Origin: Bdellovibrionales bacterium
GTDB lineage: Bacteria; Bdellovibrionota; Bdellovibrionia; Bdellovibrionales; UBA1609
Reading direction: 5' to 3'
Assembly: GCA_041690295.1 (NCBI GenBank)
Contig: JAWLHR010000012.1
Span: 1-64,000 of the forward strand
Length of the DNA stretch: 64,000 nt
Part shown: piece after piece, positions 29,834 to 38,872 of the stretch
Layout of the letters: each line of letters begins with the position of its first letter
Position numbering within the stretch: position 1 is the stretch's first letter
Program-made: the position numbers and the translations under genes
The notes under the pieces: generated by a model
The model's input: the letters and a program-made list of their open reading frames with translations, nothing else
Told to the model about the DNA's origin: nothing
The model's database searches: none

Positions 29834-31270
29834 TCACCTCACAAGTTCATCCCGCAGGGCCGCGAAGCGGTTGCGGGCGATATGATGCGCCCCAATCGCT
29901 TCGATTTTTTTCGTCTGGGACTCAAAATATTTACTGTACGTTTGCAACAGTTCGCGAAGTGGTAAGCGTCCTTGCCGGTATTCAACTTCCTGCTCCTTGA
30001 TGGTGCGCGTGCGGAATTTTTCCGCTTCCGTCGCACTGAGGGCTGAGGCATGGGTTTGCTCCACCTGCAGACGCAAGAGTTCCAACTCCGATTTCAGTCT
30101 CAGTTCCAACTCACGCAAATCAACTTCACGTTGGGACTTATTCAATCGCGCATACGCCGTTCCCGCCCGCTTCTGCGAAGAATCCAAAGCGGTTTCGAAT
30201 TGCAGACCAATAAAGTAATCCGGCTTATTTCCCGCGACGAACTCGCTATAGGAGCGGCCGGCATCCGCTTCCACGCCGGTGCTTGAGGCTTTGGCCACGA
30301 GTTCCAAACTCGGCGACAATTTGAAGTCCATCGAACGTCTGGCCAACTCCGCCCGATCCAACCGGCTTTTCGCGATTTGCAAAGGCCGGAGTTTCTCAAT
30401 CTCAACCGGCTCCGTCTTGGGAATCGGCGGGATCAGAGGCTCCACTTCAAAACGGACATCGCCTTTAAATTCCTCATTCATTAAGATTTCCAGCTCACGC
30501 AGCTGGTTGAGATATTCGTAACTCGCGTTTTTAACCGCGGTCTCAGCGTCGGTGGCGTCCGCCATCACCTGGGCGTATTCACCGCCCTTGTCCAACCCAA
30601 ACCGCCCTCTTCGCTGGACCACTTTTATCAATGACTGATACATTTCGCGCGCCGCCAACGCATCCTTGAGTTTGGTTTGCGCGGTGTAGGCCGACCAGTA
30701 AAGCTCAAGGGCTCTCAACACCAAATTTTCGGTATTCTCCTGCTTTTCCAGATCCGCCTCGGAAACCCACTGTTTTTTCTCGCGCAAATCCAGCCGATCG
30801 CTGACACCAAGGGCATTGTTCCAAAGGGGTTGTCGAATTTGAAAATAGCCGCGATCGAGCGCCGCCCGGTCCTCGCGGGTGGTGATGATGGGATTAAGAA
30901 CACTGCTTTGCGCGATGTGCTCATAGCCCAGGGTAAAGATCGTGCCGAATCGGGTGGGTTTGCTTAAGGACAGTCCACTTCTCAGCGTTTTATCGATGGG
31001 ATTCGCCAATCCAGAAAGGTCTTCGGATTCACTGTACTCATAATCGACGTTCGCATTCAGGCGCAGGTCAAATCGTCCAAGCACCGACTCGAGATCGGTG
31101 TGCGCCAGCTGGTTTTGAATGCGAATTCGCTCCGCCGCAAAGCTCTTGTTCAAAACATGATCGACGATGTCCTGTGGCTTCAACGCCCGCGTCACTTTGG
31201 CTTCTTCACTCAGCGCCCCAGGGGCCATCCCAATCAATACGATCAAGGCGGAGAATCTAGCGAACCGCAT
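29834..31270 (-). CDS. TolC family outer-membrane efflux protein
   Basis: Signal peptide (ATG 31270), 'QIRQPLW', 'LYWSAY', 'PSLELVA', 'EYRQGRLPLRELL' OEP-repeat pattern. Confidence 0.88.
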   Translation of the reverse strand: MRFARFSALIVLIGMAPGALSEEAKVTRALKPQDIVDHVLNKSFAAERIRIQNQLAHTDLESVLGRFDLRLNANVDYEYSESEDLSGLANPIDKTLRSGLSLSKPTRFGTIFTLGYEHIAQSSVLNPIITTREDRAALDRGYFQIRQPLWNNALGVSDRLDLREKKQWVSEADLEKQENTENLVLRALELYWSAYTAQTKLKDALAAREMYQSLIKVVQRRGRFGLDKGGEYAQVMADATDAETAVKNASYEYLNQLRELEILMNEEFKGDVRFEVEPLIPPIPKTEPVEIEKLRPLQIAKSRLDRAELARRSMDFKLSPSLELVAKASSTGVEADAGRSYSEFVAGNKPDYFIGLQFETALDSSQKRAGTAYARLNKSQREVDLRELELRLKSELELLRLQVEQTHASALSATEAEKFRTRTIKEQEVEYRQGRLPLRELLQTYSKYFESQTKKIEAIGAHHIARNRFAALRDELVR

Positions 31271-32171
31271 ACTGCGCCCCGAACACCAAGGATTGTTCAT
31301 TCACCCGAAACCAATCACCCCGCGAAACCGGTTCGCGATGCTGGTAATTGATCGACAACCAAAAATCACCCAAACGAACCTTTGGCCCAACCAATGCCGT
31401 CGCCGCCCACACGTGATCGGATTCGTTAGCCAAACTGTTTTGACTGGCAAGGATCGAATCAAAGCGTGAAATTCCAAGATCAAGTTCAAAACTCCATCGA
31501 GGAAAAGAATTCCACACCCAGTTCTGGCTGACCGTGAAATAACTTTCCAGGGAATGCAACCGGGACGGGCCAAGGCTTCTCCCACTCAAGGTGAACAACG
31601 TCAAATTTTGCCCCGCATAGGCAAGACCGGCACGAAATCCGACAGCGGATTTAAAAAGTTCCGAGCGATATGGCATGACTCGCAACTCACCACCGAGCAA
31701 CCAAGTACGGCCCACGTGCTGATCCAATTCCCGATAACCCATGGCCACAATCGGCACACGACCCTTTGGAGTAAAAGCTCTCGCCGTCAGGCCGATCTGT
31801 AGTCCTTGATACGCCACGGGATCCTTGGCTTCGATCTTTTGCGTAATGACCGTCGCGGAGCCGATGGGTTCGGGGGTGAAAGCTTTTTCATCCGCTTTGA
31901 TTTCGGAAAGCGCTTGAGATCTCAGATCCGAATCAATAGTCGGCGGCTTGGTTTTCAAAACCGGTTTCTTTACCGAGCCGCTCGGTCGGCCCAGATATCT
32001 GCGAAGCGCTTCCCGTTTTTGCTGTCTTTCGGCCTGTATTTCCGCGGCCTCTGAATATGAACAAATGGTCAGACAGAATAAGACAACGAACCTTATCGCG
32101 CTGCTGCTAAAAGGTCCCAATATTCCCCCCGGACGCGAAATATATAACCCGGCTTTAATCCTTTGAGTCAA
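31257..32171 (-). CDS. hypothetical outer-membrane beta-barrel protein (start uncertain)
   Basis: Alternating amphipathic beta pattern in the C-terminal half, ending 'LVFGAQYAVR'; overlaps the TolC start. Confidence 0.65.
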   Translation of the reverse strand: MTQRIKAGLYISRPGGILGPFSSSAIRFVVLFCLTICSYSEAAEIQAERQQKREALRRYLGRPSGSVKKPVLKTKPPTIDSDLRSQALSEIKADEKAFTPEPIGSATVITQKIEAKDPVAYQGLQIGLTARAFTPKGRVPIVAMGYRELDQHVGRTWLLGGELRVMPYRSELFKSAVGFRAGLAYAGQNLTLFTLSGRSLGPSRLHSLESYFTVSQNWVWNSFPRWSFELDLGISRFDSILASQNSLANESDHVWAATALVGPKVRLGDFWLSINYQHREPVSRGDWFRVNEQSLVFGAQYAVR

Positions 32172-32200
32172 TGCAAATTGGGGTCGGCGCAGCGCGCCCG

Positions 32201-32360
32201 TTAACCCTCTTTGGGCTTGCGAAAATCCTCCGTTACCACCCGCTTCAGTTCATCATACTTGATGGGTTTTGCCAAAAAAGCGAAGATGTGCCGATTCAAA
32301 CACTCGCCTTGGCTCCTGATCGCAACGATTCCCCAAATCGGCGAAAATGGCCGCTCAAGA
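32201..32360 (-). pseudogene. remnant of a response-regulator receiver domain
   Basis: Minus strand reads ECLNRHIFAFLAKPIKYDELKRVVTEDFRKPKEG*, matching REC alpha4-beta5(KP)-alpha5. 'FLSGH' and 'FADL' fragments lie upstream in shifted frames. No intact N-terminus. Confidence 0.6.
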
Positions 32361-32371
32361 ATTCTTGACGA

Positions 32372-33415
32372 TTAAATCTCCCAGCTCAGAAGAGCGCGCG
32401 CCACAAGCTCATCCCGAACAACCTCGTCCTGGACCTCTTTGATCGCTTCCCCGCGAATGAGAAAGGGTTCGGCGATTTTGAAGTCCACATAGGACAAGCG
32501 GGACACTTCGGTCGGAAGCGCGAATCGCGAATTCACGGTTCGAAGGTGGGAGTTATTTTGACTGAAGCGATGGCCCAGACCCAACCGCCACCATTCCACC
32601 CGGCCATGGAGCAACCAGGCTTGGTTGTCCACATCGGGGCCGGCCGATTGAATCTCTTGAAACCGCCAATGCTCGATCATGAATTCACCGCGAACCGGCC
32701 AATGCCGCGGTGATCGAAGCTCGAATCCACCGCCAAAGGCGCGAACAGGATCAAAATAGGCGTAGTCGTGCTCGAAATAGGTCAAGAACGCGTCATGAAA
32801 TTCGGACTTGGATTTCAGGCTTAACACCCGAGGCGTTTTCTCCGGCGACCCCGATCGCTCATCTTCTTCGCGCAAAACCCGTCCCGAAAAAACGCCGCCC
32901 TCTAGAAAAATCCACTCCTGATTATAGGGACGAAAAACAGTCACCACGCCCAGATCAATGCTCTTCTCCGCGGTGAAGATTTTTTCCATGAATCCGGGAT
33001 TCGACGAAAACCAATCATCACGCTCATTCACCAATCCCACCGGCAAAAACTGCTGTCCAATCCGGGCCTCAACGTAGTTCTCCCATGGAGAATAAAGGAT
33101 AAGAGCTTCTTTAACGAAAAACCTTTGCTCACGGCCGTCCGACTCAACGGCCATCTCACCGCGAACGCCGATGGTTTTTTCAATCCGGTAATGTCCACCC
33201 AGTGCAATTTCATGCAACGAGTGACGTGTTTTCGTCTGCGGACGCTCGGAGCGACGGTCTTCCTGGGCGCGATACTCGATTTCGAATTCGATCTCATAGG
33301 GTTTTCCCGCCGCGTCTTCGGGAAGCGCCACAACACTCGTCCCCGATTCTTGCGCCAACGCCGAAAATGCCCCCGCGAGCACCAGAGAAAAATAAAAAGC
33401 GGACCTAATGAACAT
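32372..33415 (-). CDS. putative outer-membrane porin
   Basis: Signal peptide, 'RIGQQFLPVGLVNE' porin-like motif, beta-strand pattern, terminal 'LLSWEI'. Confidence 0.7.
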   Translation of the reverse strand: MFIRSAFYFSLVLAGAFSALAQESGTSVVALPEDAAGKPYEIEFEIEYRAQEDRRSERPQTKTRHSLHEIALGGHYRIEKTIGVRGEMAVESDGREQRFFVKEALILYSPWENYVEARIGQQFLPVGLVNERDDWFSSNPGFMEKIFTAEKSIDLGVVTVFRPYNQEWIFLEGGVFSGRVLREEDERSGSPEKTPRVLSLKSKSEFHDAFLTYFEHDYAYFDPVRAFGGGFELRSPRHWPVRGEFMIEHWRFQEIQSAGPDVDNQAWLLHGRVEWWRLGLGHRFSQNNSHLRTVNSRFALPTEVSRLSYVDFKIAEPFLIRGEAIKEVQDEVVRDELVARALLSWEI

Positions 33416-34028
33416 AAGGTGCCTCGCGATAAGCCGTTAATAGCTGAACATCTTCGGTCTCGATGCCCCACCGGGCGCCTCGTCCATGGGATTCAAAGAC
33501 CCAACCCTCGCGACGCGAGTCCATATCCGCCGTGGACTCGTTCACCGTGACTCGGGCCCGTTGCAACTCGCCTTGCAAACTTTGAACATCATTCCAAATC
33601 AGAATCCGAACTCCCGTCGAAACACCGTCGTGAACCTCAATGCGAAGTCGTAAAGTGCCGTCGGGATTCATCTGAACATTCGATAGCTCCGTCCGTGAAG
33701 GCAAAAAACCCGGTGAAGCGCACTCCACCCAAATTTCGTCCTGATCCCGCGAAACCCTGATACGTACGCCGTCGCGATACTCATATCCATTGAAGTGCGA
33801 GTGCAATGTGAACGAACTCTTATGTTTCACAAACCGCGCGCCGATGACGAAATGCTCCCGCGAGTTCACGCCCTTTAAAAAATCAGCAAAGAGATAGCGC
33901 GAATGATCCGCCTGAATATCGATTTTCGTGTGGGCTTGAATTTCCCGCCGTTGCGCCAGCTCGAAATTTTCCTCAGCGCAGGCGCAGATCAAAAGCGCCA
34001 TCACGACGACCGAAAGCTTAGCGGCCAT
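33405..34028 (-). CDS. hypothetical lipoprotein
   Basis: Lipobox LICAC; overlaps both neighbours. Confidence 0.7.
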   Translation of the reverse strand: MAAKLSVVVMALLICACAEENFELAQRREIQAHTKIDIQADHSRYLFADFLKGVNSREHFVIGARFVKHKSSFTLHSHFNGYEYRDGVRIRVSRDQDEIWVECASPGFLPSRTELSNVQMNPDGTLRLRIEVHDGVSTGVRILIWNDVQSLQGELQRARVTVNESTADMDSRREGWVFESHGRGARWGIETEDVQLLTAYREAPYVH

Positions 34029-35250
34029 TTTGCGTCACTCCACTTTGGCGCTGCAGGTAAATTTGCTCGGGTGACTGATGATTGGCGTTCAAAAGATGAA
34101 TGTCTCCGAAGCGCGCCAGTTCTTTGTAAAAGAACGGATCCGCCAATCGCGCGGCCAAATGCAATGCGGAATCACCCGTTTGATCGGTGTGATTGATTCG
34201 ATCCCCGAGCGCGCGAAACACCCGCCGCATCCGCGTGTCCTGCCGGAGCAAAAAGGTAAAGGTTTCCCTGGTTTCCACATCCGTTTCCCGCACCAAGGGG
34301 TTGAGCGATTTTAGAAATGAGTGGAGTGGGAGATGGCCATTGTTATCGGCCAGATCGTAATCAAGCCACTCGCAGTGAGTCAGCGCTCTCACCGCCGCGA
34401 ACCTGCGGTTTTCGAGCGCGAGATGCAAGGCCGTTTTGCCCTCATCATCGCGCCGGTTGAAGAGGAGATCCACGGGGGATTCCAGATCACCGATGTAAGT
34501 TTGAAATCCGCGCAAGAGGCGATTCAAGAGCCATCCCGGATAAGATTTCCACCAACTGTCGCTTGTTTCCCACGAACCGGGTCGGCAAATCCGCTCCGCG
34601 CTCCACAAGATCACTTCCGAGCGGCCATCAAGGGCCGCGGCATGCAAATAAGTTCGGTGAAGATGATCTTCTTTGAGCGCGAACCCCCAAAACGGGAGTT
34701 CCACCAATCCCCGATAGTATTGCGCTTCCAGCGCTTCAATCACCTGGCCGTTGGCGGCGACGAACAAAGCGGTGCGCCCCAATTCATCCGGTTGATCAAG
34801 ATCGCTGAATTCAAAATCATCCAGGAAACCCAGGGACTGATAGTGCAAGTCGCCGAGCCGGGTAATCATCGCGTGCAGGCCCGAGCGGGACGCGAGATAA
34901 ACATAACTCTCGCCTTTCGCGTTTTTGTGAAACAGGTCCTGAGGGGTCAGGTGTTCAAGCAAAACGGCGGCGGCTTCATGATGGGCCTGGGCCAAGGCGA
35001 AGCCGAATGGAGTATCCCCGTAAGCATTTTTCGTGTGCAGGAGCTCGGTGCTGGTTTTGAGGATCGAACGGATGGTTTCCGGGGAGTTGTCATAGACGGC
35101 ATCGAACAAAGCGTTAGGTATGAGTTTCGCCCGTTCTTCCGGAGCGATCTCCATTTTACGATTGGTTTGGACATTTCCGCCAAAGTCTTCCCGCCCCGGG
35201 GCGCAGGCGACCAAACCTATCAGAACGATAAGAAAGCATGAAAGGCGCAT
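34018..35250 (-). CDS. ankyrin-repeat lipoprotein
   Basis: Lipobox LVAC; ANK motifs 'GDTPF..A', 'GRTALFVA', 'RTYLHAAA..G', 'GKTALHLA', 'GHLPLH', 'GDSALHLAA'. Confidence 0.88.
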   Translation of the reverse strand: MRLSCFLIVLIGLVACAPGREDFGGNVQTNRKMEIAPEERAKLIPNALFDAVYDNSPETIRSILKTSTELLHTKNAYGDTPFGFALAQAHHEAAAVLLEHLTPQDLFHKNAKGESYVYLASRSGLHAMITRLGDLHYQSLGFLDDFEFSDLDQPDELGRTALFVAANGQVIEALEAQYYRGLVELPFWGFALKEDHLHRTYLHAAALDGRSEVILWSAERICRPGSWETSDSWWKSYPGWLLNRLLRGFQTYIGDLESPVDLLFNRRDDEGKTALHLALENRRFAAVRALTHCEWLDYDLADNNGHLPLHSFLKSLNPLVRETDVETRETFTFLLRQDTRMRRVFRALGDRINHTDQTGDSALHLAARLADPFFYKELARFGDIHLLNANHQSPEQIYLQRQSGVTQNGR

Positions 35251-35428
35251 ATTTCCTCACTGGAGAGGCTTTTCCACGTACTCGCGCCGACCGTCTCTGT
35301 CCAGTCCGGACAGCAAACGAAACCATAGTGAAAGCAAAAATTTCACTCTCTTCTCTGGTTCTCAATTGAAATGCAAGAACCGACTTCGATTTACAGAACT
35401 AGGCTTTTCAGTTTAGGAATGCTGGCAA

Positions 35429-37057
35429 ATGAAAAAATGGATTCTTTCCCTGACCCTAGGCCTTGCCTGCGCCTCGGCCTCAGCCCACGGGCCGAATGAC
35501 ATGGACATCGAACCGTTTATCGCGGTGATGTCCGACATCGCGGACCTGACTCCGGAAATCGTGACGACATCGGGAGCCTCGCAGGCCACCATCAAAGTGG
35601 CGGGCCATCACCTGGCGCTCAACGGTCCGTTCTGGCAATTGGTGAGGGGTTGGATTCGCGTGTATTACCATCAGCTCCAAGAGGACTGTGACCATTGTCT
35701 TCCAGGGGATGAACATCAATTCGAACAATCCGCGGAAGATCATATCGCGCGAACCTTTTTTGAATTGAAAGTGAACTCGCCACTCAGGGAAAGTATCGAG
35801 CATATCGCCGTGGGAACGGCGGATATCGGCGCCCGTCTCGGCCCGACCGCGCTTGTTTCCAAGGTGAGCAGCGAAGTGGCCGAAACGGTTTTATCCAAAA
35901 TGGTGGGCGGCGGCGGCGTCCATATCGTTTGCAATCTGATCGATGCGGCCATCATCTTCGGAACCCGTCACATCCAATCCGCCTGGCGGTCGTTCGCCTG
36001 GGCTCCACGCCTCGGCTCCTCCGGACTCACCACCCTGATCCGACACGGTTTTGTCTCATCCAGCGCGGCTCGGGCGTTTAAACGTGTGCAATTCGTCGCC
36101 GTCGCCGACGGTCTTAACGAAGAGGCGCTTCGCGAAGTGGATCTTGAGGGACCGAATCGTTGGTGGGGTTACGCTCGCGAGGGCAAACGGGCCCAGTGGG
36201 TGCGGAAATTTCTGCGCAACGGCTCGGCCCGAGTTTCAAAGCGGGAGTATCTTGGCGGCCGCATGAAGCGGTATTTGCTTTTAAAAGGCCGAAAGCGCGG
36301 TCACTCACAATACATGCGCGGCAACAACCCTATGGATCAGGTTTTGACCGGGAATGTGCTTTGGATTCTGGCGGTCCAGGAAAACATTCTGGAGCGCAGT
36401 CTGCGTGCGGGCGTTGATTCCAATGAGCTGCCGACCATGGCCTCAAAGTTCGGTAGTGACACCGACGAAATTCGCCAAGGGTTGGCCGAAGAATTCGCCC
36501 GCGGTCACACTGAAAAAGCCCGTCTGATGGACGGGCTCATGAAGGAAGTCGAGGTTATTTTTAATCCTGAAGCCCCCAGCCGACTCCGCTATGCCCAGGT
36601 CGCGATCCTGGAATCCGTATTAACCGGTTTTGTTTACGGCACATTCGGCAACATCCTGAATGAAAAAGGCGAACTGCATGGCAATTCCTGGTCAGGCATC
36701 GGGCGCCAGTTCCGTTTGCGCTGGAAAACCGGCCGATTCGCTTCTTATATTTACGAATGGGCGGACTTCCTCAGGGTCGCGGCTTTGCAAAAGGACCCTG
36801 ACAAGCTCTATCGGCACAAATACGAAATGATGGAAGTGCTCTCCCGGTTATTCGAGCACTTTGGTGAGACTCAATCGCTTATGACGGCGAACTCACGAAA
36901 TGACTTGGAAGTATTCGAGCGCGAGTTCGCCGTCCGTGAAAAGCGATTGCGCTCGTTCAAGCCCTGGCGTGAAAAACGAATCGCCTATTCCTGGATCCCC
37001 TTCCGTCGGCCCATGCCCATGTGTCGCGACATGAACGCCGCAGTGGAGGCCCCATGA
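35429..37057 (+). CDS. hypothetical secreted protein (542 aa)
   Basis: Signal peptide MKKWILSLTLGLACASASA; CDHC motif; long clean ORF. Confidence 0.75.
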   Translation: MKKWILSLTLGLACASASAHGPNDMDIEPFIAVMSDIADLTPEIVTTSGASQATIKVAGHHLALNGPFWQLVRGWIRVYYHQLQEDCDHCLPGDEHQFEQSAEDHIARTFFELKVNSPLRESIEHIAVGTADIGARLGPTALVSKVSSEVAETVLSKMVGGGGVHIVCNLIDAAIIFGTRHIQSAWRSFAWAPRLGSSGLTTLIRHGFVSSSAARAFKRVQFVAVADGLNEEALREVDLEGPNRWWGYAREGKRAQWVRKFLRNGSARVSKREYLGGRMKRYLLLKGRKRGHSQYMRGNNPMDQVLTGNVLWILAVQENILERSLRAGVDSNELPTMASKFGSDTDEIRQGLAEEFARGHTEKARLMDGLMKEVEVIFNPEAPSRLRYAQVAILESVLTGFVYGTFGNILNEKGELHGNSWSGIGRQFRLRWKTGRFASYIYEWADFLRVAALQKDPDKLYRHKYEMMEVLSRLFEHFGETQSLMTANSRNDLEVFEREFAVREKRLRSFKPWREKRIAYSWIPFRRPMPMCRDMNAAVEAP

Positions 37058-37470
37058 AGACGTTTCTCGCCTGGCTCGCCGTGATCGGAATTGGAAATCC
37101 GGTTTGCGAACTTCACCTGGACCCGACCTACCTGAATCTCAAAAGTCTTTATGAGCAAAAACAAAATCATCCGCTGTGGACGCTTTGGGATCAAGCGCGG
37201 GCGAATCTCCCGCACCTCAGGGAACTCGGCCAGGAGAACGCTTATTTTCGTAAAATTGCCGATGCCGCCCAGGCCGCCATCACCAAGCACCATTTGGAAT
37301 TCGCCCGCGAACCCCACTGGGATGAGCTTGATCTCGCCCGGCACGTGGCGATTCTTCGAAGCATCGCCGAGTTCGATCGATCCCGGGCTAAATTCTCCGC
37401 CTACAAGATCAAGCGGGCGATTGAAGGCCGGCATTCCATCAACGAATACATCGACTGCAAATCGCATTAA
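37054..37470 (+). CDS. hypothetical protein
   Basis: ATGA overlap with the upstream gene, GGAGG RBS, hydrophobic N-terminus. Confidence 0.65.
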   Translation: MKTFLAWLAVIGIGNPVCELHLDPTYLNLKSLYEQKQNHPLWTLWDQARANLPHLRELGQENAYFRKIADAAQAAITKHHLEFAREPHWDELDLARHVAILRSIAEFDRSRAKFSAYKIKRAIEGRHSINEYIDCKSH

Positions 37471-37979
37471 AACAGATATTGAAACGAAATCCCAGTGGCT
37501 AAAAGGTACTCCACGTTGTCGTCGCGGTTGTTCACAAACGCGACCACACCGGTATCAATCATGACCATCTTAAATAAAACACGAAAATGCCGCCGAGCCG
37601 GGTAAATCGCCGTCGCCAATTCAATGCCCACGCGCAGTTTGGTTTCTTCATAATAATCACGGCTGGGGTATTTGCCCGGTGAAACTAAAAAATAATCGTC
37701 GTCCAAGGCATAAAACGTGAATAGACCAATCGCGAGCGGCCGCCAGGCGAAGGGGCTCCAATCCAGGTGAAATGGTGAATATCGGTAACCGAGATTCACC
37801 TGCCAGCGCGTTTGATCGCCGAAGGGATATTGTCCCAAGCCGAACTCAACGTCGTGGGCCCCGGAAAATTCATAAATGGCGGAAGCTGAAGTGCGACCTT
37901 GAAAGGCTCCCGTGGAAACGCTCACACCCCAATTCCCATGGGCAAACGAACCGAATAAAAAAAGAATCGCGGCGATCAT
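37467..37979 (-). CDS. small outer-membrane beta-barrel protein
   Basis: Signal peptide, amphipathic strands, BamA-type C-terminus 'GISFQYLF'. Confidence 0.72.
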   Translation of the reverse strand: MIAAILFLFGSFAHGNWGVSVSTGAFQGRTSASAIYEFSGAHDVEFGLGQYPFGDQTRWQVNLGYRYSPFHLDWSPFAWRPLAIGLFTFYALDDDYFLVSPGKYPSRDYYEETKLRVGIELATAIYPARRHFRVLFKMVMIDTGVVAFVNNRDDNVEYLLATGISFQYLF

Positions 37980-38770
37980 TTGAACACAACCTTCTTGGTT
38001 TCACCACTCTTGTTATAGGTGATGTAAAATCCGTCCGCCTTGATCTCCAACAAAACCCACTGAACTTTTTCCGTGCGAGGCACTTGCAGTAATCGGGTAC
38101 CGGTTTCGCGAAGCCAAAAAACATGCTGGTGTCCACTGACCGCCAGCTGAACATTGGCATGATCAAGAATGGTTTGATAGGCATTGCCGAAACGTTCACC
38201 GTCCCACAACGCCACATGGGAAAAGATGATCACGTTCTTTAAGGAAGCGTTGATGGTTTGTTCCAGCCATTCAGGGCTGAAATTTTTGGGATCTTCAAGA
38301 TTGGCGGAATGCCAGAAAATGTAGCGCCAATTATTGGACTCGAAATAAAAATTCGTCGCTCCAAAGGCTTTGCCGAACAACTTGCTCCCCGCGCCGATGG
38401 CGTCGTGATTGCCGATCACGGAAAGCGCGGGAAAGGCTAAATTTTTGTAAGCGGCCAGAAATTGGTCGTATTCAAAATTATATCCGCTATTGGTGAAATC
38501 GCCGAGATTCACCACGAAATCCACGCCCGAGGTGGAGTTGATCTCTTTGATCGCCCGGTCCAGATCTTTGTAGTTGCCATGGGAATCAGCGAATAAAGCG
38601 ATTCGCACGACTCCATCGCTTTCCACATTGGCGATCCGGATTAAGTTGGATCCGTTCAAGTCCCTCTCAGAGCGCGCCAGACGGTCGGAAAACGGTGAAT
38701 CACGAAACGGCGGGCAACCAAGTAGAAAAATAATTAAAAAGCCCACAGAGGCTGTACGCAATAAGTGCAC
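37976..38770 (-). CDS. calcineurin-like metallophosphoesterase lipoprotein
   Basis: 'ADSHG', 'GDFT', 'GNHD', 'SH', 'GHQH'; lipobox LLGC. Confidence 0.92.
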   Translation of the reverse strand: MHLLRTASVGFLIIFLLGCPPFRDSPFSDRLARSERDLNGSNLIRIANVESDGVVRIALFADSHGNYKDLDRAIKEINSTSGVDFVVNLGDFTNSGYNFEYDQFLAAYKNLAFPALSVIGNHDAIGAGSKLFGKAFGATNFYFESNNWRYIFWHSANLEDPKNFSPEWLEQTINASLKNVIIFSHVALWDGERFGNAYQTILDHANVQLAVSGHQHVFWLRETGTRLLQVPRTEKVQWVLLEIKADGFYITYNKSGETKKVVFK

Positions 38771-38872
38771 GGTTCTCCCCTAAGATGCGAATCTATGCGC
38801 ACGCAAATTCATTTAATTCGAATCACTTGAAATAGTCACTAACTTATATGGCCGGTTGGCCGATAGCTTGGC

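Noticed and set aside
32171..32368. 65-aa plus-strand ORF in the gap between porin and beta-barrel genes
   Set aside because: No RBS or recognisable features. The opposite strand carries the receiver-domain remnant.
34321..35241. 306-aa plus-strand ORF
   Set aside because: Antisense shadow of the ankyrin gene. The same applies to 3005..3733, 13822..14466, 43855..44505, 53087..53878 and 59494..60108.
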